From contig OX597824.1 of the NCBI GenBank assembly GCA_951406725.2, positions 85,436,001 to 85,500,000 on the forward strand: 64,000 bases of DNA, given 5' to 3'. This DNA is from Octopus vulgaris (lineage: Eukaryota). The position numbers were made by a program, and so were the translations under genes. Below the pieces are notes generated by a model. The model did not search any database and was not told where the DNA came from. It saw only the letters and a program-made list of their open reading frames with translations. Shown piece after piece: positions 53,888-64,000 of the stretch; within the stretch, counting starts at the first letter, position 1; each line of letters begins with the position of its first letter.

Positions 53888-54826
53888 TATGTATGTATGT
53901 ATGTATGTATGTATGTATGTATGTATGTATGTATGTATGTATGTATGTATGTATGTGTGTATGTGTGTATGTATGTATGTATGTATGTGTATGTATGTAT
54001 GTGTGTATGTGTGTATTATGTATGTATGTATGTATGTGTGTATGTATGTATGTATGTATGTATGTATGTATGTATGTATGTATGTATGTATGTATGTATG
54101 TGTGTATGCATGTATGTATGTGTGTATATGTATGTATATATGTGTGTATGTATGTATGTATGCATGTATGTATGTGTATGTATGTATGTGTGTGTATGTA
54201 TGTATGTATGTATGTATGTATGTATGTATGTATGTATGTATGATGTATGTGTGTATGTGTGTATTATGTATGTATGTATGTATGTGTGTATGTATGTATG
54301 TATGTATGTATGTATGTATGTGTGTATGCATGTATGTATGTGTGTATATGTATGTATATATGTGTGTATGTATGTATGTATGCATGCATGTATGTATGTG
54401 TGTGTATGTATGTATGTATGTATGTGTGTATGTATGTATGTATGTATGTATGTGTGTATGTATGTATGTATGTATGTATGTATGTATGTATTATGTATGT
54501 ATGTATGTGTGTATGTGTGTATGTATGTATGTATGTATGTATGTATGTGTGTGTATGTATGTATGTGTGTATGTGTGTACGTATGTATGTGTGTATGTAT
54601 GTATGTATGGATGTATGTATGTATATATGTATGTGTGTATGTATGTATGTGTGTATGTACGTGTGTATGTATGTATGTATGTATGTATGTATGTATGTGT
54701 GTATGTGTGTATGTGTGTATGTATGTATGTGTGTGTATGTATGTATGTATGCATGTATGTATGTATGTATGTATGTATGTATGATGTATGTATGTATGTG
54801 TGTGTATGTATGTGTGTATGTATGTA

Positions 54827-54859
<33 letters not shown>

Positions 54860-54865
54860 ATGTAT
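53888..54865. repeat. About 1-kb degenerate (TATG)n/(TG)n array
   Basis: Direct reading; source of the 388-aa and 361-aa pseudo-ORFs. Confidence 0.97.
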
Positions 54866-55091
54866 ATTTGATTAGATCTCATAATTGTAATGTATTCAGC
54901 CAATGTTGGATGTATTTATAAATATATGTGTAGGCACTTAATCACAAGCGTGCGCCCAGCACACTCTGAAGAGAAAGGGAGAAAGAGATGAATTTAATTC
55001 AACTGTAAGAAATTCCTTTCCAATTTCCTTCCTGCGTATTGTATACATATATTGTATACATATATTGTATACATATATTAGCATGCCTATC

Positions 55092-55205
<114 letters not shown>

Positions 55206-55246
55206 CCTACCTACCTACCTACCTACCTACCTACCTACCTACCTAC

Positions 55247-55281
<35 letters not shown>

Positions 55282-55282
55282 C

Positions 55283-55344
<62 letters not shown>

Positions 55345-55444
55345 GCATAGCTACCTCTCAGTCTGTCTGTCTATCAGTCTGTCCCTTTGTCTGCCCGTCT
55401 GCTTGTCTGCCTGTTTGAATATCGATATCATCATCATCATAGTT

Positions 55445-55595
55445 TGTGTAATAAGAAATTTTCGTTCCAAACACATTGTTGCAGGTTTATTCCTACTCCA
55501 TGATGCCTTGGGCAAGTGTCTTCCCCTATAACTTCGAGCTGTCCAAAGCCTCGTGAGTGGATTTGGTAGACGGAAACCGAAAAAAACACTTCGCA
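55445..55595 (+). mobile_element. SINE B 5' part, diverged
   Basis: CTTGGGCAAGTGTCTT..GTGAGTGGATTTGGTAGACGGAAAC. Confidence 0.8.
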
Positions 55596-56648
55596 TATAA
55601 ATACATGCATATACACACACATACACACACACATGTATATACACACACATACATACACACACACAAACATATACACACACACACACACACACACATAAGT
55701 GGATGGTGACAGCTGGAATGTCACAAATCATTGGTTTGTTCTACCAGGAGAAGGCTTTAGGCGTGAGAACAACCAAACACAATCATATGAACCATTGATG
55801 GAACCATCAAGTGGTCACACAGATTGCTAGTAAGTGCAGCCAGAATCTTCGCCAAATCAGAAAATCACGCCCTGATGTCTTTAAAACTGACATATACATT
55901 GCATAACGCAAATTAAGTTTTATTTTAAAAATTTAAAAAACGACGGGATTGTCTTGGCTGGAACGCCTCCAACCAGGTCTGATTGATAAGGTATTAATTA
56001 GCTGGGCTTGAACAACAACGTTAACGAACTTTACAGCAAAGTTCATTTCATCTGCAACACCAGCTCCACCTTCTAACATCATTATCATCACAACGACAAT
56101 TACAGAAACACGTTTCATGGAAATTTCAATGACAACTACTTTGATGCCTTTTAATTGCCAGAAGACATGAAATAACTTCTTTCTGTTTTTTCAAACAGTA
56201 GTGGAATATGAAATTAAGATTAATAACTAACTCCACAATACCTACCATCCCAGATCACACCCAGACCATTGGAGACATCGTAATATCATCATAACACGGG
56301 GCCAAACAAGTGACGGTTACCGTTGAAAATTGCATTCATAACAGTTGATGACATTTCTCAACAATTGTAATTTTCTTTTAAAACGTGACTGTACTATCTT
56401 CAACAATCAATAGAAAATACCGTCCTCACTTCTCTCCGTTTATCTGTCGATCGTTCTGTTACAGCTTTCTCTCTCCATCTCACTCCCTCCTTCCTTTTCT
56501 CTCAACGTCAGTTTACGTTCTTAGGTTCATAGTTGGTATTTTTCCCTCTCTCACCCAAACTGCCCATCATATCTCATACATACATACATACAAACATAGA
56601 TACATACATACATACATACAAATACTTTATATATGTATCTGTGTGTGA

Positions 56649-56684
<36 letters not shown>

Positions 56685-56693
56685 GTATGTATG

Positions 56694-56734
<41 letters not shown>

Positions 56735-57036
56735 CAAATGGATGTTTTATAAAACTATTCCGCACATACAATAACAGCCATACCAACAATCCAACACACC
56801 TCCGTCATCAGCTGCTCCATGGATATCATTATGGTTTCGACACCTGAGCAGTACCATTCAATCCGGAGGTGGCAACAACACTAAAATGTTATACGGGAAC
56901 AAATATATATATATAGAACCACTTACTTGCATATACAGAGGTTGGACAAAATGATGGAAGCACCTAGCATCATAATTTTGAAATATCTACAAAACCATTA
57001 AAAGCTTGTTTATTTTTATGCTTTTTATAGTTATTA

Positions 57037-57554
57037 CTAGCAGTATCGCCCGGCGTTGCTCGGGTTTGTAAGGGAAATAACTATATAAGCATTTTTACAG
57101 AGTTACTTCCCTTATAGATGCCAATTCGGGTTTTCTTAGCCATTTCTGTTTTGGTGTCTTCAAGCCATGAAGTCGTTGTTCTTAAAGAACGCTGGTCTCC
57201 TTGACAACGCATTATGACGTTGATTTCCTTAAACTCCCTTCCCCACAGCTTCACGAGGGAGGGAAGAAAGGGGGGAAAGCAAACACAGGTGCAGGTGTTT
57301 GAGCGTGGGCGCCAACTCCGCCGCCATCGACACACGAAAAATTATGCATTAAAATGGAATAAAAAATGATGTTAAATTATTTTTAAAATCGTAGACTCAT
57401 TGTAGACGCGCGCTAATAGCCAGACGGGCTCGATATTAATCACGACTATAAGATACCCGAATTTGGTTAAACTGCACCGCAAAATGTGGGAGGAGTTAGG
57501 AATCTAAATCGTAGGAGACAGACACTCACACAACTACAGTTTTATATATATAGA
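57037..57554 (-). mobile_element. Non-autonomous Helitron nested in the Tc1 5' region
   Basis: Minus strand A|TCTATATATA.. start, subterminal hairpin CCCGAGCAACGCCGGG, CTAG|T end, no TSD. Confidence 0.9.
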
Positions 57555-57632
57555 TTAGTGTTGCTTAATATGTTTTGCTAAAATTGCTGTTTCTTTTCAG
57601 ATATCAGAAAAAGGTAATTAAAATTCATTAAA

Positions 57633-58672
57633 ATGACAGATCTATCGGACTTTCAAAGAGGTCAAATTGCTGGTGCCCGTATAGCAGGCGCTAGCGTAAC
57701 GAAAACAGCTGAAATGTTTGGCATATCAAGAAGTGCTGTCTCGAAAATAATTACAGCCTTTGAGAAAGAGGGAAAAACTCGTCAAAACAAAACTCCGGAA
57801 GAAACTAAAACTTTTTGATAGGGACCCTCGGACTCTTACACGAATTATTAGAAATGATCACAAAAGTACAGGTCCCAAAATTACTGCAGAGTTTAATGAC
57901 CAGCTCGAGAACCCAGTTTCCACAAAAACCGTTCGCTAGGAGCTGCACAAAGCCGGATTTCGCGGGAGGGCTGCAATCAGAAAACCACTACTTTCAAAAA
58001 CAAACGTTGCAAAGCGTTTAGAGTGGAGTAAAATCCTATAGAATTGGTCCCTAGAGCAGTGGAAGAATGTTATTTTCTTGGACGAGTCATCATTTACCTT
58101 ATTTCCAACCACCGGCCGAGTATACGTGTGGAGACAGCCAAAAGAAGCATTTGACTCAAACTGCTTTCTTCCAACTGTTAAACAGGGAAGAGGATCTGTG
58201 ATGATCTAGGGGCCATTTCTTGGAAATCCCACGGCCCAATGGTTTCCCTTCATGGCAGAATTAATAATCAAGACTTTTTAAGCATTATATCTGATCAAAT
58301 TAATCTGATCAAATTCATCCTATGGTTGCAGAACTATTTCTGGAGGGAAACGCAATCTTTCAGGATGATAATGCACCAATTCACACAGCTAAAGTTGTTA
58401 CTGAATGACACGAGGAATATTCTAGTGAAGTTGAACATCTTATCTGGCCACCATAGTCCCCAGATCTCAATATTATTGAACATTTATGATGCATTTTAGA
58501 AAAACAAGTAAGGAGTCGATATCCACCACCATCATCACTACAAGAACTGGAGACTGTTTTAGCTGAAGAATGGACAAAAATTCCTTTGGAAACAATTCAA
58601 ACTTTGTACGAGTCCATAATTCGTAGAATTCAAGCTGCATTTACTGCCAAATGCGGTCCTGTCCAATATTAA
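57633..58672 (+). pseudogene. Tc1-family transposase pseudogene
   Basis: MTDLSDFQRGQIAGARIAGAS, WKNVIFLDESSF and FQDDNAPIH-..-SPDLNIIE with 36 codons between the catalytic D and E; stops and frameshifts. Confidence 0.93.
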
Positions 58673-58729
58673 AATAAATTTGTTTGAAATTAAGGTGTTT
58701 TCATTGTTTTGTCCAACCCCTGTATATGT

Positions 58730-58984
<255 letters not shown>

Positions 58985-59393
58985 ACATACATATATACAT
59001 ATATATGTGTGTGTGTGTGTGTACATATATATATATATACACATACATATATATGTGTGTGTGTTTTGTATATGTGTGTGCTTTGTGCGTATGTATGTAT
59101 ATGTGTGTGTAGAGACAGATAGAGAGAGGGAGAGAGAGAGAGAGCGGGGGAACGGAAGAGAGCGCGAGAGAAAAAGAAAAAGAGAGAGAGAAAGAGAATG
59201 AATGAGAGAGAGAGAGAGTGATCATGAGATACAAAGTCTTTTGTACCGAACTCACTACCGCAAAAGTACACGAACCGTCTCTTATAACTCAAGGCATAAA
59301 CAAACACTTGTAGAATATGAATTACAAAAAGGACACCAACACGATGCAACGATTATTCTTCAACGCATAACACATCGATTCAAAGTCACTTTT

Positions 59394-59424
<31 letters not shown>

Positions 59425-59587
59425 TCCTATTTTTACTGAATTGACTCGGTATATCTCAAACAACCCTCTAGTTTCCTCATATTTCCGTTATCAGCTTTAA
59501 CAATACTACATACCGTGTAACATCCAACAGCCCTGCTTGGTGTCACTCAGTTTAATGAAGTGTTATCATCTCATAGAGTCGGATGTT

Positions 59588-59589
<2 letters not shown>

Positions 59590-59640
<51 letters not shown>

Positions 59641-59802
59641 AATTATTGTATACAGTGCTCAGGTGCACCACAACTTGTCAGAAAGAAAATATAAAGTACA
59701 TGCAGTAATGTAGAAATGTATAAAGTACATGCAGTAATGTAGAAATGTATAAAGTACATGCAGTAATGTAGAAATGTCTGGAAAGCGAACAATGTATGAG
59801 TC
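59590..59802 (-). repeat. (ATT)n-tailed retroelement 3' end containing a 29-bp x3 tandem repeat
   Basis: (AAT)n at 59590-638; TATAAAGTACATGCAGTAATGTAGAAATG x3 at 59690-59777. Confidence 0.65.
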
Positions 59803-59995
59803 AGTTTGTGCTGCTATTTCTAGCAAGTCGAGCGACTGAGTAACGAACGTTTCCACATTAGCTCGATTGATCGGATTAGAATGTTCATGTTGTGATGCCT
59901 AGTTTTAATCTGTCAAAACTACATCGAGACAACTTCTATACAGATTCCAGATTGCTTCGTTCTATAAGTCTTCTGATGTAGGTGTATTGTATATA

Positions 59996-60230
59996 TATTT
60001 CTTAACTACCCACAAGGGGCTAAACATAGAGGGAACAAACAAGGACAGACAAAGGGATTAAATCGATCACATCGACCCCAGTGCGTAACTGGTACTTAAT
60101 TTATCGACCCCGAAAGGATGAAAGGCAAAGTCGACCTCGGCGGAATTTGAACTCAGAACACTTAACGGCAGACGAAATACGGCTATGCATTTCGCCCGGC
60201 GTGCTAACGTTTCTGCCAGCTCGCCGCCCT
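59996..60230 (-). mobile_element. Young SINE A
   Basis: 15-bp TSD GGTGTATTGTATATA at 59981-95 and 60231-45. Confidence 0.93.
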
Positions 60231-60813
60231 GGTGTATTGTATATAGTACACCAGCAAGCTCACTTGCTATGTTGCTTTGGGGAAACATTTGTAGAATGGA
60301 TTTCATTCTTGTTGATCTGAAAATGGCAAATTAAGTGATTCCCAGAAAAATTTACAACTCATATAGTTTGTCAAATATGACACTCGGTAATATCAGCAGA
60401 ATGAAATGTCGCCTTTCTGCAAATAAATTAAATCCCTGTGCTGCAGTATGTATTGTATAGTTACTATATTTCGTACATTTGATACAGTCCAATGCATAGA
60501 GATAAATAAATAATAAATAAACAACACATAATGGATAATGTAATAGAAGTAATGTAACGCAGAACAGACAATATAAGAAATAATATATTATTTTGCTTAA
60601 TCACTTGTCGTGCACGATGGTGCTATGAAATTGTGCTTGGGCCCATGGACTGGATGTTCAGTGATCGAAACTACGCTTTACGAAGAAATGGGTGTTCTTT
60701 TCAATGTTTGTACATCGAAACTGAGTTTTCTACAAATATACCAACCAAATACATATTCCTGGAGGAGTTGGTATGAATTTGTCAAGAGGGTCACTAACTG
60801 ACCGGAGTATACC

Positions 60814-61046
60814 TATTTCTTAACTACCCACAAGGGGCTAAACACAGTGGGGACAAACAAGGACAGACAAACGGATTTAGTCGATTACATCGATCTCAGT
60901 GCGTAACTGGTACTTGTTTAATCGACCCCGAAAGGATGAAAGGCAAAGTCGACCTCGGCGGAATTTAAACTCAGAACGTAGTGACAGACGAAATACTGCT
61001 AAGCATTTCGCCAGGCGTGCTAACGTTTCTGCCAGCTCGCCGCCCT
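60814..61046 (-). mobile_element. Young SINE A
   Basis: 13-bp TSD ACCGGRGTATACC at 60801-13 and 61050-62. Confidence 0.92.
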
Positions 61047-62234
61047 TTCACCGGGGTATACCAAACCCAAGTAAGATCGTGAACCGCGACAACAATAGCA
61101 GGACTTTTCGCTTAGTATAGATTATAAGATCAAATTGAAAACAGAAAACAACCTATGCTCAAAAGCAATCCCAGTGGTGACCACCACGTTTTCCCTTCAG
61201 ACACTGGTGTTCGTTCTAGGGTTTTTAGTTAAGCGAGATATGACTGCTATTTCTGGAATGCCAACTCACCGCGTAGGTGTTTTCATTCTGGCTTGTAAAT
61301 GAACGATCGCTTCTTCTGTTATCCTAAGTTTATGACGGTGATGAAGACAAGTTCTAGCAGTAAGTCTCATTCATAGAACTACTAGAAAAATCCTTCTTCG
61401 TGTAAACCCGTTGTTCTTAGACCGTGCACCGCAAGGTGTATCGGGATGAGCTGCCGAGTTTTAAATATATAATTTTGAGCTTTAGAAAATACATTCTAAT
61501 GCTTGTATGGATGCAAACAACGCTTGCGTAAAAGCGAACACAATACTCGTGTCAAGGCGAACATCCTAACTTAGTAGTTAGGATCTTCGGCTCACAATCC
61601 CATAGTCGAGAGTTCGATTCCTGGACAAAGCGACGCATTGTTGTTGAGCAAAACACTTCATTTCAGTTGTAACTCTGTCTGTCTGTCTATCTGTCTGTCT
61701 CTGCCTCCCCCCCTCTCTCTCTCTTTCTAGCTGTCACACTCTGGATATGCAACTGGGTGAAGGCTTAGGAGCTCGAGATGGTGTCAATGCCTGCTCACGA
61801 CTACATAGGCGCAACTATCGAAACAATCAGTGAAAGCGCTGTACTATTTACATGCATTTTATTAGATTAGTTATCAGCGTTGAGCTTAAATCTTACGATA
61901 ACCTTATAGCTCTCGTAGCCCTTATAGCTGACGTCAGCTGTGCTAATCAATCATCGATGGATACAAGTGATTAGAAATAGTCAAGCAGTTGCCTTGCCTC
62001 TATATATTACTACCCCATGAGATAAACAAACATTGGTTGATTGATATGCTAAAACAGTAACATGAGCACAACATGAAACAGCAACATGAAACAAGAAACT
62101 CTGGTTGCAACGGCGATAGATAGAACAGAACACAACAAACATGGCCGAGTTATCAACCGGTGGACGTTAATCGCGGTGTTGTTTTTTTTAAATAAACCAC
62201 CCACCAGCAAAACTAATTTTAAATATAACTAAAG

Positions 62235-62308
<74 letters not shown>

Positions 62309-62587
62309 ATAAACTGATCGGTACATAGGTAATCGTTATTATTTCGTATATTTTCATTTGTCTTGCTTATTTTTTACGCTTTGGTTTGTGCTGAGTTTTT
62401 ATTTGAGAACACATTCTTCGTGGAAAATGGCGATTTGACGTCTATATCTAGCACGTTGACCGTCCACTTTTAGTGGTCAGTCCTTTAAATTTTGTATGTA
62501 AAAATATTTTAATCTTCGGATTTCTTTAATATGCTAGGCCACTGGTTTTAATTGATTAGTATCAATTTCTACCCTTATTCAATTTAA

Positions 62588-62641
<54 letters not shown>

Positions 62642-63044
62642 TTAATAAATAAAATAAAACATATGCATATATATAAACATATATGTACGTACCTACCTCT
62701 ACATGTACATATACACGCATATATGAGTACAGGACACCAAAAGGACGTCGAACACAATGAGAAACGAAAACATAGACACAAACCAAAGGAACTGGACATT
62801 TATTTAAAAACAGCAAAAAATAGAGTACAGGACAATTAACACAAAGAAAAACCCCTTCTTCAGTCGCTAAAGATTTCATCTACTCTACGTTTCGAAATAT
62901 ATAAAAGCTAAAACGATCTCAGGATCAATATGACATTCCGCCTCTGACTCGTCTACCTTCTCCTCTTATTCCTAACCATCATCGTCATCGTCGCCGTGGC
63001 CACCACCACCACCTCCACCACCTTCTTTCTTCATTACTTCGCAC

Positions 63045-63644
63045 CAGTAGCGGCTCGTAGATAAAATTAGTGTGGGGGGGAGGTGCTGCTTCAGAAAATG
63101 TTTAGCCGTTGTTTTAATATTATGCAAAAGGAAACAAGCATATAAAAAGAAAATTTATGCATAAACTTGATCCCCAAATTATTCATTAACTTGATCACAA
63201 ATTAAGGGTGGGGTGGAGATGTGCTCTATTTTTCAAGTTCTGGAAGCAGGATATTAATCTAATTCTACACTTTATCACATTCAAGAATATAAACACGTTT
63301 TTAAGTACAACACACGCTGAGTCAAAAAGAAACACTGCCTTTCACCGGAACACCGGGTCCGACACTGTCGTTCACACAGTCTCTCTCGCTCACTCGGATA
63401 TGTGAGCATGCGCACAAGAGCCAAACACCGCGTCGCTAGAACTGTGAAGCGCACAGTTATATACAAGGATTTTTGTATTTTTGTCATAAACTGGTGGATG
63501 GCTACTGACATTGGATTATATAATGTACGAGTATAAAGAAAGAATTAAAGAAAAAAGGACTCATTATATTGAATGTTATCGATAATATTGAGTGGAGATA
63601 GTGGGTGCTGCAGTTCCGCAGTGCCTATACACGGGCCGCCACTG
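63045..63644. mobile_element. hAT-type non-autonomous element, 600 bp
   Basis: TIRs CAGTAGCGGCTCGT / ACGGGCCGCCACTG; 8-bp TSD CTTCGCAC / TTTCGCAC. Confidence 0.85.
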
Positions 63645-63769
63645 TTTCGCACTGAACTGCGGAAGTTGTAACTTCAATGATGATAATGATGATGATGATG
63701 ACGACGATGGTGACAGTGATGGTGGTGAGATCATTATGACAACGAGTGATATTGATTATGATGATGATG

Positions 63770-63818
<49 letters not shown>

Positions 63819-63843
63819 CAGCAGCAGCAGCAGCAGCAGTAGC

Positions 63844-63894
<51 letters not shown>

Positions 63895-63960
63895 TTTAGT
63901 AGTAGTAGTGGTGGCGGCGGCGGTAATGGCAGTAGTGGTGGTCGCGGTGATAGTGGTAGT
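63770..63960. repeat. (GTA)n/(GCA)n/(GTG)n trinucleotide tract
   Basis: Direct reading. Confidence 0.95.
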
Positions 63961-64000
63961 GATGGAGGTGGATGGATGAAAGCCTGGTGTAAATACCCAG

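Larger units (their letters stand above)
56936..58722 (+). mobile_element. Full-length Tc1-like transposon of DD36E type, inactive
   Basis: TA TSDs; 30-bp TIRs CAGRGGTTGGACAAAA..CACCT (5 mismatches). Confidence 0.93.

Noticed and set aside
53618-54921. Longest ORFs in the track (388, 361 and 295 aa)
   Set aside because: Pure translations of the (TATG)n array
59690-59777. 29-bp repeat x3 (CRISPR-repeat sized)
   Set aside because: Directly tandem with no spacers; a minisatellite
62725-62897. Minus-strand GAAAC..GTA..CTGAAGA in a TA-flanked repeat
   Set aside because: The stems do not pair; at best a decayed PLE-type fragment

Overview
Eukaryotic, AT-rich, repeat-saturated DNA with no intact long ORF. 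Almost every ORF in the track is a translation of a (TA)n, (CA)n, (TATG)n, (TATC)n or (GAA)n microsatellite. The SINE families and microsatellite load look like an octopus (coleoid cephalopod) genome; this is an inference from recalled repeat sequences, not a search. Recognisable content: (1) at least four tRNA-headed SINE families (called A-D here), often with 12-17 bp TSDs, nested or multimeric; (2) decayed autonomous elements: a Helitron PIF1 helicase, three RTE-LINE pieces, two mariners, a DD36E Tc1-like element with a non-autonomous Helitron inside it, a probable Chapaev3/CMC transposase and an internally deleted L1/Tx1-like element; (3) several MITEs. The most interesting signals are RNA-structural. 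About seven hammerhead-ribozyme (HHR) motifs of the Penelope-like-element type are present, two with intact cores and several inside long fold-back palindromes. A GC-rich island at about 9.04-9.19 kb can form six interlocked helices and carries the hammerhead core motifs in a non-canonical order. Weak splice and promoter signals hint at a minus-strand host gene. All coordinates and pairings were read by eye; repeat boundaries may be off by some bases.
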